DNA of 64,000 bases from an uncultured virus (IMG/VR IMGVR_UViG_3300025383_000020) (lineage: Duplodnaviria; Heunggongvirae; Uroviricota; Caudoviricetes), in the IMG/VR virus record IMGVR_UViG_3300025383_000020, one strand, 5' to 3'. The notes below the pieces were generated by a model. It was not told the DNA's origin. It ran no database searches and worked only from the letters and a program-made list of their open reading frames with translations. How positions within the stretch are numbered: the stretch's first letter is position 1; every line of letters begins with the position of its first letter. The translations under genes and the position numbers were made by a program. Positions 1 to 11,774 of this stretch are shown here, one piece after another.

Positions 1-423
1 TAAGGTACCTTAGTGCTCACTGTGACCCTAAATTCACAAGTCCTTACTTACTCAATTGCAAACATAACTCTAGGTTCTTGGTACTCTCTAGTAGTGTCAG
101 TTTCTAATGAGTTTAGACAATGTGGAGTCTACGTCTATTCAATTATGGAAGACCCATCTGACATCACTAATCACAATGCCTTGAGTCGTGTTTTTGCAAG
201 CGCATCTTCGCTGACTCCAGTAACATTCAATATCTCACAATATTATACGCTACCTACTTCAAACATGTGGATCGCAAATATTCGAGTATTCAACACGATG
301 ATCAAGGAAGAGCAACATGAGTTTATCATAAGTCAACAGTTCATAAAAGACGAGTCACTACTTGTTCTTATCGATAACTGTAGACAACAGATCAACTTGC
401 CTTACATCGCAAAAAATAGATAA
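1..423 (+). CDS. C-terminal part of ConA/LamG-like virion protein (5' partial)
   Basis: ORF begins at window edge; beta-rich, 'WYSLVV...NIRVFN' LamG-like pattern. Confidence 0.4.
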
Positions 424-426
424 TCA

Positions 427-1215
427 ATGCAGAATAACAACCAGGAGAACATCATCAATCGTAACGTTGACGACATATTTGTTAGAAATGCCACGCTTTC
501 AGTATTGGACCTCCTAAATCGTCAGGTAATAATTGACCTAAAGAGAAATGATACAGTAGAAAAACATGAAGTTCCGTTCTTCTATAATTTTTCAGGAGAT
601 GAAGGATTTATGAAGGACTTTTTCATAGACATTCCAAGTGATTGTAAGTACCCAAGAGCCGCTGAAGGAAATTACGAAGTGTTACCTCGCGGAATAGTGA
701 CCCTAAGTTCTTTTGCAATAAGACCAGGGGACGTTACCAATAAATTTGTCAGAGGGTCATTTAATCAGGAAACCCGAGATGTGAATGATCAAAAGCAATT
801 ATTAGCTTATTCTTCAAGACTATTTGCTCTACCTATCACCTTAAAATACACTCTTAAGATTGAGAGCGATAACCTAAATAAGACTTTCAAGATACTTGAA
901 AAGATCTTTGATTTTTACTATAAGAATCAGGTGAGATACTTTCAATTTAGAGGAACCAGAATACCCGGACAGATAACTTTTCCAGACACTGCTGAGTTTC
1001 AAAAGCAGTATAATTTTGACTATACGACTGACAATAAAGTTTTTATCACACTGTCACTGGATTTTGAAACATATTTCCCTAGCTTTGACGATTATTCTAC
1101 CAGATTTAAAGGAAATACCATCAAGCAATTTAATCACAGAGAAAAGATTGCAGGTTCAGAATTTGTGATAAGCGATACTTTTGTGGATCAGGATTTTCCA
1201 CCTAGCGAAATATAA
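427..1215 (+). CDS. T4 gp15-like tail terminator/sheath stabiliser
   Basis: VPFFY, LPRGIV, PITLKYTL, ILEKIFDFY pattern resembles gp15 family; structural context. Confidence 0.55.
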   Translation: MQNNNQENIINRNVDDIFVRNATLSVLDLLNRQVIIDLKRNDTVEKHEVPFFYNFSGDEGFMKDFFIDIPSDCKYPRAAEGNYEVLPRGIVTLSSFAIRPGDVTNKFVRGSFNQETRDVNDQKQLLAYSSRLFALPITLKYTLKIESDNLNKTFKILEKIFDFYYKNQVRYFQFRGTRIPGQITFPDTAEFQKQYNFDYTTDNKVFITLSLDFETYFPSFDDYSTRFKGNTIKQFNHREKIAGSEFVISDTFVDQDFPPSEI

Positions 1216-1229
1216 AATAAATAATACTA

Positions 1230-1799
1230 ATGGAAGCACGAGTAAAAAGTTTTTCACAGTTTGTGAATGAATCAAGTCAGGCATCAGACAGCCTGGAATA
1301 TCACGTATCTAAGGGCGTATCAATTGCAGAATCAGTTTTTAGACCGGGCAGCGACGCTCACGTGAGACTTCTAGTCGAAGCCAGAGAGCTATATGAAGCT
1401 GGCCAATTGGCCCTAAATGAGTTGGATGCCTCGCTATTTGAAGAGACTGATCTTGGTAAGATTGGTCTATATGAAGGTCAGATTGTGCCATTAGACATGG
1501 TGCTAGAAGCCGAATATCATGGAAAGTCAGTTGAGCTTGGAAAACCAATGAGAGGTGGAGCCAAGAAATACCATGTCTTTGTGATGAATCCCAAAACCAA
1601 GAAGGTGAAACAAATATCCTTCGGCGATGTTCATGGAGGACTCACAGCAAAAGTATCGAATCCTAAAGCTAGAAAGTCATTTGCCGCAAGGCACAATTGC
1701 GCACAAAAGACTGATCGTATGACTGCTGGTTACTGGGCATGTCGAATAAATCGTTACGCTCACCTTTGGGGTGGAAAAACTTATCCAGGATACTGGTAA
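1230..1799 (+). CDS. conserved phage virion protein
   Basis: KKVKQISFGD...RKSFAARHNC...AGYWAC motif seen in T4-like phages; N-terminal SFSQFVNES tag. Confidence 0.55.
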   Translation: MEARVKSFSQFVNESSQASDSLEYHVSKGVSIAESVFRPGSDAHVRLLVEARELYEAGQLALNELDASLFEETDLGKIGLYEGQIVPLDMVLEAEYHGKSVELGKPMRGGAKKYHVFVMNPKTKKVKQISFGDVHGGLTAKVSNPKARKSFAARHNCAQKTDRMTAGYWACRINRYAHLWGGKTYPGYW

Positions 1800-1812
1800 A
1801 ATATAAAATGCT

Positions 1813-2628
1813 ATGAAATATCTAAAACCATATGAAATATTTGAATCGAATTTCTACAGCGGTGTCAATGAAGAGAAAATTGTAAAATATCTACAAACTA
1901 AATTGGATTTCATTACTGGAAAATCTACTCAGGACGTGAATTTATCCAGTTTGATTTACAATTTTATTATGAGATCTAGCGGCAAAGAAAATAAAACTCT
2001 TGAAGATTTTGCTAAAAAAACAAAAAACGGATTTGATAATATTATCAATAGCTTACTAAATTACAAAGAAAATCCAATTTTAAAATTTTATCCAAATCCA
2101 GATAGAGAAAATATGCAGTGGTTGGAAGCAAAGTTCAATAGATCAGGAACTAAACAGGAAAAGACATATAACTACTACATTACTTTTAATCAAACCCCGG
2201 AAAATTTAGTTAAATTTTTCAATTCAATTTCTAAGTTAATAACTAAATTTTACAAATACTGTCAATCAAATAGAAACTTTGAGTGTGGATTCAAATTTGG
2301 ATCAGATTCAAGCTACTACACAATCGAAAAAGATCATCTTAAATTCTATTACTATAATATCAAAAATAAAGAAGAATTATTAAAACTGATAGATGAATGG
2401 CTAAGCGAAAATAATATTCTTACGGAAAAAAGACCATATGATCACGCAATAGATTCAAAAGACTCTTCAGGAAAAAAGACTTCATTTGGTGACATTGCAT
2501 CACAAACTATAGCCAAAGATTTGGAAAAGTTAATGATGACACATAAGGATAAGTTTACCGTCAAACAGTATTTTGATTGGTTGATAAAGTATATGTCAGA
2601 AGTAAAATATAACATCGTTGAAAAGTGA
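1813..2628 (+). CDS. hypothetical protein (AT-rich, head-targeting-like N-terminus)
   Basis: 271-aa ORF, MKYLKPYEIFES start. Confidence 0.6.
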   Translation: MKYLKPYEIFESNFYSGVNEEKIVKYLQTKLDFITGKSTQDVNLSSLIYNFIMRSSGKENKTLEDFAKKTKNGFDNIINSLLNYKENPILKFYPNPDRENMQWLEAKFNRSGTKQEKTYNYYITFNQTPENLVKFFNSISKLITKFYKYCQSNRNFECGFKFGSDSSYYTIEKDHLKFYYYNIKNKEELLKLIDEWLSENNILTEKRPYDHAIDSKDSSGKKTSFGDIASQTIAKDLEKLMMTHKDKFTVKQYFDWLIKYMSEVKYNIVEK

Positions 2629-2888
2629 AGCTACCATTTCAAGAAATAAAGGTGTCAGATGCAACCGTGATTCGAACTTTTAAGCAGGAAACTGACTCAG
2701 AAGATTTTATGTGGCATCGTGACCTTAGTGATAGACATGTAATTGCCATCTCAAAGACTGACTGGCAAATCCAGTTGGACAATAAATTGCCTGAGACATT
2801 GTCCCAGGTCTTTATTCCAAAGGGAGAGTGGCATAGGATAATAAAAGGCACTGGAGATCTTACTATTAAAATAATCGAGACATCGTAA
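2625..2888 (+). CDS. small cupin-fold protein
   Basis: WHRD...FIPKGEWHRIIKG cupin-like motifs. Confidence 0.5.
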   Translation: MKLPFQEIKVSDATVIRTFKQETDSEDFMWHRDLSDRHVIAISKTDWQIQLDNKLPETLSQVFIPKGEWHRIIKGTGDLTIKIIETS

Positions 2889-3403
2889 TGAAACAAGTTT
2901 TAAATTTTACCGATTGGGCAAAGCAGAAGGGTGAGCTCTCAGAAAAGGTAAACCCGGCATACCTAACAAAAGATGCTGCTACTATGCGTAGCGAAATCAA
3001 GAAAAATGCAAAGAAAAAAGACAGCGATTCGACTGCATACACAAGTCATCCAGACGGTGGATGGAAAGCTGACTATTCAAAGTCTGGAAAGAGGTATAAG
3101 ACCAAACCAAGCAAATACACTCTAGCTTATAGAAAAAAGTTTGAAAGCTATGTTGTGCCACTTGCTTTATTTGAAAACGAGACAGCTCTTAAAAATAAAG
3201 CAAAAAGCAGCGGAATTCCATTGGGAATCCTAAGGACCGTATACAAAAAAGGTATGGCTGCTTGGAAGACTGGACACCGTCCTGGCGTAGCACAGCAGCA
3301 GTGGGCCATGGCCAGAGTAAATTCTTTTATCGTGGGTGGCAAGACTACTAAAAAGGCCGATAAATCACTTTGGCAGAGAGCAAAAAAAGCTAAACACAAG
3401 TAA
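2888..3403 (+). CDS. conserved basic phage protein
   Basis: VYKKGMAAW...[11 protein letters not shown] motif; coupled to neighbours. Confidence 0.55.
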   Translation: MKQVLNFTDWAKQKGELSEKVNPAYLTKDAATMRSEIKKNAKKKDSDSTAYTSHPDGGWKADYSKSGKRYKTKPSKYTLAYRKKFESYVVPLALFENETALKNKAKSSGIPLGILRTVYKKGMAAWKTGHRPGVAQQQWAMARVNSFIVGGKTTKKADKSLWQRAKKAKHK

Positions 3404-3948
3404 TGTTATTAAACGTAAGACAGAACGGATTCGTACTTCTATTTCCGCCGGATTTCTTTTCCCCAGCGATCATGGAAAAGTACAAGTCGTATTATCAGAG
3501 CCTTATTTTACCATATGATAAAGTGGAAGACTTTATGTCATCTACCATACAGAGCATCAATTTTCCTGGATGGAGAATGAGTCCAGCACAGCAGACGCGA
3601 ATCTATGGTAAGAAGCAGGATTTTAAAAACTCAGTGCCTATTGCCGATGATTTTGAGCGTGAGCTGACCGTCACTTTTAAATTGACTGACGCCTACCTTA
3701 ACTACTTTATCTTTCTAGAGAACGCACTTTCATACCTTGATTTTAATAATAAAGTCCAGACATTTTCACCTATTCGACTTGTGCTGATGGACAACCAAGG
3801 ATACTCAGTAGCCTCGGTGATTTTCAATAAACCGATCCTTAAAGAACAGGACGGATTCCGACTCTCATACAGCGCAAACACGCCAGAATTCAAGACGTTT
3901 CAGGCAAAATTCACCTATTTTGATCTTAAGTTTGAAGTAGATTTTTAA
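3403..3948 (+). CDS. putative tail tube-like/baseplate protein
   Basis: QSINFPG...ELTVTFKL...FTYFD pattern resembles T4 tube-fold proteins. Confidence 0.35.
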   Translation: MLLNVRQNGFVLLFPPDFFSPAIMEKYKSYYQSLILPYDKVEDFMSSTIQSINFPGWRMSPAQQTRIYGKKQDFKNSVPIADDFERELTVTFKLTDAYLNYFIFLENALSYLDFNNKVQTFSPIRLVLMDNQGYSVASVIFNKPILKEQDGFRLSYSANTPEFKTFQAKFTYFDLKFEVDF

Positions 3949-6674
3949 GGTACTATCTTCAGGTTGCAAGTTGCAGAATCATACCATACTGATCCTGAAG
4001 GAAGCCCTGAGCTACTTGATGGTATGTTTTTAATTGATAAGTTATTCACAAATGTAGTACATGCACGGTCACTAGTTATTCCAGTACCAACAATAAAGCT
4101 ATTGCTGCATGAGGCAGTGTTGCAAACTCCAGCAAGGATTCCGCTATATGCACCAGACACAGTATTACTGCATCCTGAACCAATAAATGAGTCGCATCCA
4201 CATGCTGTATTGCCATATCCTGAAACAACTGCCGATCCGACTCCGCCTGCAATATTAAACACTCCACCGCCAATAAATGAAAGATCTCCAATTGCTGAAT
4301 TTTGTTGACCTCCAGCCAACGTTGCATAGTGTCCAGAGGCAGTGCTCTGAATTCCTCCTCCAATAAAAGATTGGTTACCAGTTGCAGTATTAGAGCTGCC
4401 GCCTACTACAATTCCAGACTCAGCAGTATTAGAGTAGCCGCCTACTACAATTCCAGAATGTGCTACGGTATTTCCGTATCCTCCTCCAATAAATGAATGC
4501 TCACTATTTGTTTCAACAACATTATAGGATCCTCCGACTATTGAACTATATCCTCCACCTGGACGACTTAGTAACGGATCATTCACCGTATTGCAATAAC
4601 CGCCGCTAACGGTTGAACAGCATGAACCTACATAATTATAGATTCCTCCTCCTATTACTGATCCATATCCATTACAACCTATGGTGTTATTAGCTCCGCC
4701 AGAAATAACTCCTCCTCCGGAAACAATTGAATTTATGCCTCCTCCTGAGATAACTGATCCTGCACCGCTTATATAATTTCCACTACCTCCACCTATTGTT
4801 GAATAGTAAGAAGAAACAGTATTCTGTCCACCGCCTGCAATTACACTGAAAGGTGCAGTAATTGAATTATTGTTTCCTCCTGAAATAGTTGATACAATAT
4901 TCAAATATCCGCTTATTGTGTTATACGCCCCACCTGAGATTGTTGTTGCAGCCGAGCACGTACTGCTATTTCCAATTCCTCCAGCAATTGTGCTAGCCAG
5001 ACCTTCTTGATAATTACAGTATCCTCCTCCTATCGTTGAGTCTCCATTAATAATTTGACCTACCGTTATGGTAATATCATCAGCAGGACTAGATCCGCCA
5101 AATGTGGTTCCGTAAAATGTGATAGTATCGCCAGTGGAATAGCCGTGTCCTGGAAAAGAAACGGTAATTGATGCAATTCCTCCTGAAATCATTATTTCAA
5201 ATAGAGCATCATGACCGTTTCCAGAAGTAGAGTCCTGAGAAATTAAAGCATATGTATTATTCGAAAGGGTTCCACTGTATGTGGTTCCGCTAAGTGTTAG
5301 TATACCGTCTGCTCCAATTATGTGATTTAGTGCACCTCCACCGATTGTTGCGTGCGGTCCAGCTGATGTATTGCAGAATCCTCCTCCGACTGTTGCAACA
5401 CATGAGCTTGCACAGTTGCTAATTCCTCCAGAAACAGTAGCGGCTTCGTGACTCGTAAAGTTTCCGTAGCCTCCACCGATTATATTAGTTTCTCCAGTTG
5501 CAGAATTACAAACTCCTCCGCCGACGGTAGAGACATAACCAGATGCCAAGTTTCCGCCTCCACCTGAAATGGTTCCAAGTACACCGGACACGACATTTGA
5601 ATTTCCTCCGGCAATTGTGCCAGTGACCGCATTGTAAATAATACTTCCAACACCTCCGCCTATCACTGAACCTGCTGAACTGTTGATATAATTTGAATAT
5701 CCTCCGCCTATTGTTGTAGCTAGCGCGGCTTCGCTTGAATTTGCGTATCCTCCGCCAATAACTGAATTTCCTGGAAGTATTTGTGTTACCGTGAATACAA
5801 TATTGTCTTGAGGACGACTTCCTCCAAGCGAGTCTCCATATATAGTGAGGGTATCGCCTACCTGGTAATCGATGCCTGGATCAGCCGGAAAAGCAGTAAG
5901 GACTCCACCGGAAATTGTGATCACTGCAGTTGCACCAGATCCCATACCGGAAGTTGCATCAATTGCAGTTTGAATATTTGAGCCCATAGTATCAGGAAGC
6001 GAACCGCTGTATGCTGTTGAAAAATTAAGGACTCCTCCGCTTCCAGAAGCAGAATTTTGTGTACCTCCAGCGATGGTCGATGCATTACCTGATACTGTAT
6101 TTCCAGATCCGCCGGAAATGGTCGAATAGTTACCAGTTGCTGAGTTACCGTTTAACTTACGAACAGATGATCCAGTGCCATCGCCTAATACAATAACCGG
6201 ATCATTACCGCCTCCACCTCCACCGTTTCCAGTCAAACTCACCCAGCCTCTACCCTGTAAGTAGCCGATAAAATCCTCTCCAAAATAGGGTTGCTGATTT
6301 GAAATACCGGTGTAAATTATTTCTCCAGGTACTCCTGTGCTAGGCCAGTCATTAAAGTCCGTAAATCGTCTCCTCTTTGCTTGGGAGATCTGCATCGTGA
6401 TGCTTTGACCGACGATTCTGCCTTGAGCATCTATTGTTAGATTAGTGGTCGATCCCTGGACCATGCTTAAAGTATTCGTCACAATGACGGTGCCAACTGT
6501 TATTCCGCTAAGAGCTGCAGTATTTAGAGTTTCATCATACGCAATATTGGTTAGGAAACCAAGGTTTGCGGAGGATAGATTCTTAAAGTTTAGATTGGTA
6601 ATATCAATTATCGCATTTAAGCTAGAATTGGTAAGTCTCCTAATTGAGTTTAGGTTTGTGTAAATAGCCATCAA
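3945..6674 (-). CDS. Gly-rich repeat tail fibre/adhesin
   Basis: 909 aa of ~14-aa 'S.IGGG..N' beta-roll repeats with two inserted globular repeats. Confidence 0.65.
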   Translation of the reverse strand: MMAIYTNLNSIRRLTNSSLNAIIDITNLNFKNLSSANLGFLTNIAYDETLNTAALSGITVGTVIVTNTLSMVQGSTTNLTIDAQGRIVGQSITMQISQAKRRRFTDFNDWPSTGVPGEIIYTGISNQQPYFGEDFIGYLQGRGWVSLTGNGGGGGGNDPVIVLGDGTGSSVRKLNGNSATGNYSTISGGSGNTVSGNASTIAGGTQNSASGSGGVLNFSTAYSGSLPDTMGSNIQTAIDATSGMGSGATAVITISGGVLTAFPADPGIDYQVGDTLTIYGDSLGGSRPQDNIVFTVTQILPGNSVIGGGYANSSEAALATTIGGGYSNYINSSAGSVIGGGVGSIIYNAVTGTIAGGNSNVVSGVLGTISGGGGNLASGYVSTVGGGVCNSATGETNIIGGGYGNFTSHEAATVSGGISNCASSCVATVGGGFCNTSAGPHATIGGGALNHIIGADGILTLSGTTYSGTLSNNTYALISQDSTSGNGHDALFEIMISGGIASITVSFPGHGYSTGDTITFYGTTFGGSSPADDITITVGQIINGDSTIGGGYCNYQEGLASTIAGGIGNSSTCSAATTISGGAYNTISGYLNIVSTISGGNNNSITAPFSVIAGGGQNTVSSYYSTIGGGSGNYISGAGSVISGGGINSIVSGGGVISGGANNTIGCNGYGSVIGGGIYNYVGSCCSTVSGGYCNTVNDPLLSRPGGGYSSIVGGSYNVVETNSEHSFIGGGYGNTVAHSGIVVGGYSNTAESGIVVGGSSNTATGNQSFIGGGIQSTASGHYATLAGGQQNSAIGDLSFIGGGVFNIAGGVGSAVVSGYGNTACGCDSFIGSGCSNTVSGAYSGILAGVCNTASCSNSFIVGTGITSDRACTTFVNNLSIKNIPSSSSGLPSGSVWYDSATCNLKIVP

Positions 6675-6713
6675 GACCCATTATTTTTATTATTTATTAT
6701 AGTGGGACTGGGC

Positions 6714-8039
6714 TTATCTTAACTTGGCAATTATCTTGGTGTGCTTGTCTATCGTTGAATTGATGGTGAGTCTTCCTCTATTTACAAGGCACTCACGCAG
6801 ATCAGCATTAATCATCTTTAGGTCTGAGTTATCAAGAAAACTTGTACTAATGTCGTTGTTTTCTCCCATATAAGTGCAATCGATTATCTTTGAGCTCTTG
6901 ATAAAATTATTTGAAAAAACAGTACACTCACTAAGTTTTGAGCTCTTTATCGAACATCCCTCAAATAAGCAGCCCTTTGCATCAACTTCAACCGTACACT
7001 GGTAGAATTCGATATTTTCCACAAGTATTCCTCTAGAAACAGTTGCGTCCTTTACCTGAAAGGCTTTTCTTCTAGTGTCCCAGTTTATGACCCCCTCTGA
7101 GATCTCGCCGCCAAACACTAGCTGAAAGAGTCTCTCCTTTATAATGTCGTAGTTTGCTTCAATGAATCGACGGTCGTCCTTAAGATCAACATATATCGAT
7201 ATGCCAGGATATTTCATCTTAAAGTTACTATAGCTGCGAGTAGAATCTACTGCATCTCTAAGCTCAGAAGTTATCTCAGAGATAATCTTCTTTTCCTCTA
7301 ATGTATACTCATAATTATTGGATAGAGTAGCATAGAGGTGCTCTATGATAAAATTAATTGAGTCAACTGACTCCTTCTTTTTCTTGTGATAGTCCTTGCC
7401 TGAGATGTATTTTAAAATAAGGTTGCCTCGATCCATCTCAGAAAAGTCAGTTGCAAAGAAATCAGACTCAGGGAAATTAAATTCATTGGGATCCATTCTT
7501 TCGACACGGCTCTCTGTGACTACTGTGTTGTATATCTGTCGAGGTTTAATAAATCTCAACTGATTGCGATATACTTTGGTATTTTCATTGACCTTGTGCG
7601 GCCACATTTCAAATAGCTTAGACTCATCGAATCCAAGCAAATACTTAAACTTGTTTAGCTTATCAGTCTTTACAGTTAGTCCTAGCTCATCTTCGTTGAG
7701 GCGGACTCTGGTAGTCATTGAACAACGATCTGTAGTATAGCCAAGGGCTTCAATCACGTTCATCACCTTTAACATCATGTGTATTGCTTCTAGGTATGGC
7801 ATAAAACCTGTCGAAAGGCTCGTCTCTTTGTATCCGTTTGAATATACTGGAGAGATCTTAAACGATTCCAATGTGGGTTCAAAGGTGGAGTCAACGTCAG
7901 TGAACCACTTGACCTTTTTGCCGAGCGCTCTAGCTAATTTTGCAGCAAGTTCTCTCTTATTTAGAGGAGTAAAGAACTCAAAGACAAACGCAAGACTGGA
8001 ATTGTCGTATAACTCTTTATTTGAAATAGACTTAAACAT
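6714..8039 (-). CDS. amidoligase-like protein with C-terminal beta-helix
   Basis: FVFEFF and TTDRCS resemble COOH-NH2 ligase motifs but appear degenerate. Confidence 0.35.
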   Translation of the reverse strand: MFKSISNKELYDNSSLAFVFEFFTPLNKRELAAKLARALGKKVKWFTDVDSTFEPTLESFKISPVYSNGYKETSLSTGFMPYLEAIHMMLKVMNVIEALGYTTDRCSMTTRVRLNEDELGLTVKTDKLNKFKYLLGFDESKLFEMWPHKVNENTKVYRNQLRFIKPRQIYNTVVTESRVERMDPNEFNFPESDFFATDFSEMDRGNLILKYISGKDYHKKKKESVDSINFIIEHLYATLSNNYEYTLEEKKIISEITSELRDAVDSTRSYSNFKMKYPGISIYVDLKDDRRFIEANYDIIKERLFQLVFGGEISEGVINWDTRRKAFQVKDATVSRGILVENIEFYQCTVEVDAKGCLFEGCSIKSSKLSECTVFSNNFIKSSKIIDCTYMGENNDISTSFLDNSDLKMINADLRECLVNRGRLTINSTIDKHTKIIAKLR

Positions 8040-8126
8040 CTAACTGATCTTTATTCTATTTATTCTAAACTGGCTTCATCTTAAATAAATAAAGGTAGGA
8101 AGATCTCCTCAAAATAAGTAAAACAC

Positions 8127-8591
8127 ATGCAATACAGAGTAGAAGCAACAATTCTAAATAAATCAGGCAATTACACACCTACTGTAGGTTCACCAGCGGT
8201 TAATCTTGCTAGGAAGAACGAGGGAAATAATCGAATCCTTAATGTGTCTGCTGAGAAGATACTTACTGCAGATGAACTAATTGCTCAAATTGAATCAACG
8301 TTAGCTAGTCTAGTTCTCACTGGTGCTAAACTTACAGTTAACGGAGAGAGCCCAGCTGCAACTGACCTAATTAAAGAGGGAACGCTTGCCTACTCAGCCA
8401 CACTAGATAAGATTGTGCCTGTAAATAAACCTGCCACAATACCAGCAATGAAATCCACTAAACCTGCTTTAGGAAAAACTGTGGCACGGGACTCTCACAT
8501 TCTTCAGGATTCACTTTTTCCTAAAGTTAACCCAGTGGAAAGATTTATCGCAGCCTTTAATAAACTTAATGAATTAGATAACAAAAAATAA
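8127..8591 (+). CDS. hypothetical protein
   Basis: 154-aa ORF after ATAAATA motif. Confidence 0.6.
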   Translation: MQYRVEATILNKSGNYTPTVGSPAVNLARKNEGNNRILNVSAEKILTADELIAQIESTLASLVLTGAKLTVNGESPAATDLIKEGTLAYSATLDKIVPVNKPATIPAMKSTKPALGKTVARDSHILQDSLFPKVNPVERFIAAFNKLNELDNKK

Positions 8592-8620
8592 GCGATACAC
8601 TAAAAGTATATCGCTTATTG

Positions 8621-9035
8621 TGGACCGGGTGGGAGTTGAACCCACGTCTTGCTCGACTAGTAGAAAGGACTCATTCACAAGCTTACTCAGTTTACGACAC
8701 TGACAAACTTTTTGGTTTTCGGGGTAGTTTATGAAGAGTTTCCTTCTCTTCCTCATGACGGCTATCTACATGCCTACACGTCTTTCCGTAGTGTCTTCTG
8801 GCTTCCGATCTATTGATCGTACCTCCAATTTGTGACTTTCTGTTCCTAGGCAGTCACCGCCCGGTGCTTAGGCAGCTATTGCTACTTCTGCGCCAACGAA
8901 AGACATTGCGTCTTCGAAGGTAAATGTTGACTTAGCGTCGTTTGTATTCTGCATTGGGGATTAACGAGTTTCAATGCTAACTCAGCTTGCATCATCTCAA
9001 TGAACTAACGCCGCCAATCAATACCCGGCCGGCCC
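8621..9035 (-). ncRNA. ssrA: tmRNA
   Basis: 5' GGGCCGG pairs with 3' CCGGTCC-A (G3:U70 Ala identity); T-arm GTGGGTTCAACTCCCAC; internal tag frame ending ...EVAIAA-stop (8868-8939). Confidence 0.93.
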
Positions 9036-9130
9036 ATATTGGAAAGATCTGATTTATCTATCCGTAGTATTTTATCTAATATACTAAATCGGTTTCAACA
9101 GAATAAATAAAATAAACAATATTTAGGTAA

Positions 9131-10798
9131 ATGGCAAGCGCAGTTGACAATTTTAAAGTTCTTAATCGACTAAGTATATACATAGAAGACATCATGAGTC
9201 AGACTATAAACTATCTGACAAACCGCTTTAGTCAAAGCCGATCAATATTTACGGCAGCCTCACCTTTCGGCCAATTGTTACTTGTTGTTGAGAACCTTAC
9301 GCAACTTGTGTTCTATTATATAGAGGACTCTATCACTGAGCTTAATATAAATGAAGCCACCCGTCTTACATCTGTCTATTCGTTAGCTTCCCTTTCGGGA
9401 CATAACCCTAGCCGAGCAGTTGCCGCAATTGGTGAGATCAGCATTAGCACAAATTCAAGTGCGGTTAACGCTCCATACGACAGCGTGATTATTCCAAATC
9501 TCACGAGAATTCGTTCTCTAGCTAATGGACTTACCTATATTTTAGAGCTTTCGCAAGATCAAATAAGGTTTCCATTCAATGGAACCAATAACGGACTCAA
9601 GCTTGGAATAAAGCAAGGAATTGTTGAGACTCAGACAGTAACGGCTAAAGGCATACCGACAGACAGCTATTCGATTAGCAGTCCTCAAAACTTTTATATT
9701 GATAACTTTTTTGTCAATGTCTATGTGAACGGAAGTCTTTGGAACAGGTACGACTCTATCCTAGACATGCCAAGAGGCGAACCTGCATACATGGTTAGAA
9801 CCGGGATCACTAGCGGAATAGATGTGTATTTTGGTAATGGAAACTTTGGTGCAATACCGCCAAAGGGAGCAGACATCACAGTTGAATACCTGGTGACTGA
9901 GGGCGCAAACGGCAATATCCGTACAAACGACCTAGCAAAGGTTGGATTTGAATGGATCGACACTGGATTTAGCTCTTTGGGAGATGAGATCGACCTAAAT
10001 AAATACATCAGCATAACTGCAACACATGCTCCGTTCTTTGGATCCAATGCAGAAGATTCAACTTTGACTCGTCTTATTGCTCCTAGAGAATCGAAAAGCT
10101 TTGCCCTAGTCAATGTAGATCACTATGAAGTGTTACTAAGAAAGTTAAAGCTTTTCTCAGTGATCCAAGTGTATCTTGATCCAAACGATAGTCGTGTTCT
10201 GGACCTATTTCTTATTCCAGACATACGCCAAACATTTAACACAGGTCAGGATTATTTTAGCGCGACCATCGATCGATTCACCTTGACCGACTATCAAAAA
10301 AATGAGCTTTTGAAATACATTGAAAAATCAGGATCAAAGCTAATATCAACTGATGCAGTCATCATAGATCCAGTACCGAGCTTATATGTATTGAACGTTT
10401 CAATAATTGCATACGATGATGTTGACATTAGCATCATTAAAAACGACATACTTAACTCTTTAGGTACCTTCTTTATTCAAACGACTAGACGCAACAGAAT
10501 TCCAAAGAGTGATTTGATTGCTCTACTTGAGGGAGTAAACGGAGTCGATTCAGTTTCAATCTATATAGTATCTAAAAAGAACGAAATTAGCAAGATCGCA
10601 AATTCGTCTGCTGCAGATGTTGGAGTCGATGAATTCAACGATATTATAATAGAAAATGGAGAACTTGCGATAATAAAAGGTGGATTCACCGATCGCTACG
10701 GTAACGCATATAGCGAAGGTCTCTCTACCACTTCACTAGGTCCTGTAAATATTCAGGTGAAGAACATTGTCCCTAGACCAAAAAATGGATCAGCATGA
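9131..10798 (+). CDS. baseplate wedge subunit (T4 gp6/baseplate J-like)
   Basis: ATRLTSVYSLA..GHNP, VYFGNGNFG.IPP, EYLVTEGANGN motifs. Confidence 0.8.
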   Translation: MASAVDNFKVLNRLSIYIEDIMSQTINYLTNRFSQSRSIFTAASPFGQLLLVVENLTQLVFYYIEDSITELNINEATRLTSVYSLASLSGHNPSRAVAAIGEISISTNSSAVNAPYDSVIIPNLTRIRSLANGLTYILELSQDQIRFPFNGTNNGLKLGIKQGIVETQTVTAKGIPTDSYSISSPQNFYIDNFFVNVYVNGSLWNRYDSILDMPRGEPAYMVRTGITSGIDVYFGNGNFGAIPPKGADITVEYLVTEGANGNIRTNDLAKVGFEWIDTGFSSLGDEIDLNKYISITATHAPFFGSNAEDSTLTRLIAPRESKSFALVNVDHYEVLLRKLKLFSVIQVYLDPNDSRVLDLFLIPDIRQTFNTGQDYFSATIDRFTLTDYQKNELLKYIEKSGSKLISTDAVIIDPVPSLYVLNVSIIAYDDVDISIIKNDILNSLGTFFIQTTRRNRIPKSDLIALLEGVNGVDSVSIYIVSKKNEISKIANSSAADVGVDEFNDIIIENGELAIIKGGFTDRYGNAYSEGLSTTSLGPVNIQVKNIVPRPKNGSA

Positions 10799-11040
10799 CA
10801 AAAGACAGCATATTCAGACCCATCTTTAGTAGACGCGAGAATCGTCTAAACATGGGATACGATTACAAAGGAAACATACTTAAGAAAACTCTGTCAGGTC
10901 AGATGTTTGGAGTGAATCCAACGCTCGATACATACCTTTCAAAAATAGATGCGATTGTCTATGAATGGATAGAGGCAGTAAAACAGATAAAAATCAATGT
11001 GAATCCGGCATTAGATAAGTACGAAAACAAGATAAACTAA
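10795..11040 (+). CDS. hypothetical protein
   Basis: 81 aa, overlaps stop of wedge gene. Confidence 0.55.
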   Translation: MTKDSIFRPIFSRRENRLNMGYDYKGNILKKTLSGQMFGVNPTLDTYLSKIDAIVYEWIEAVKQIKINVNPALDKYENKIN

Positions 11041-11044
11041 ACAT

Positions 11045-11770
11045 ATGGCTAAGAAGCAAGGCGGCATGAGCCGCGAAAACCGTGGTCATCTAAAAGATGA
11101 GATAGAATCTCTTTTAGGTTCAATAGGGCAAGAGACTCACGCCAATCTTATAGTGGACAACGATCTTTCGCAGGAATTAAAGAAAGAGAGTCCTTATGAT
11201 TTTGAAGCGATGAGCTCACAGTTTACTAAGAAGGCAAGAGAGATCACTGACTCGCTCTTTAAAAACTTTGTGGACATTGGAGTATTTGAGCAAAATGACT
11301 ATGCAAAACACAAGAAAGAGCTTGATACAATCAACATCTCCAATCTTTTCTTTCAATTAAAGACTCTAAAGATCACAATCATAAAGGTGATGGAGGAGAT
11401 TACCTCAGGCAACACGCATCCTCGACTAATTGAGGTGATGGGTCAGCTACAGGATAAGATGGCAGACATCACTAAGATGCAGGCAAATTACATAATCTTT
11501 TTGGAAGAGACCTATCAGAAACTAAATAGAGATAAGCCAGTCAATTCTGACTTTGAAAAAGTTGATTCTAGTCCGCAGGAAGGTCAGTTCTTCATCACAG
11601 TTGGGACTAAGAACATGATAAAGAGTCTTCCTGAATCTGCCCCAACCAAAAAGGAGGCTAAAAATAACTTCGTTGATCCAAGTCAAAAGATCGACCTCAT
11701 GAAAGATCGTAATATCCAGATCCAAGCAGAAGACTCGGACGATTTTATCGATCTTAGCGAAATAATCTAA
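11045..11770 (+). CDS. terminase small subunit (T4 gp16-like)
   Basis: HPRLIEVMGQL resembles gp16 HPRxxEV; directly upstream of TerL. Confidence 0.6.
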   Translation: MAKKQGGMSRENRGHLKDEIESLLGSIGQETHANLIVDNDLSQELKKESPYDFEAMSSQFTKKAREITDSLFKNFVDIGVFEQNDYAKHKKELDTINISNLFFQLKTLKITIIKVMEEITSGNTHPRLIEVMGQLQDKMADITKMQANYIIFLEETYQKLNRDKPVNSDFEKVDSSPQEGQFFITVGTKNMIKSLPESAPTKKEAKNNFVDPSQKIDLMKDRNIQIQAEDSDDFIDLSEII

Positions 11771-11774
11771 TCGT

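Noticed and set aside
8574..8756. 60-aa ORF
   Set aside because: Lies largely within tmRNA 3' half
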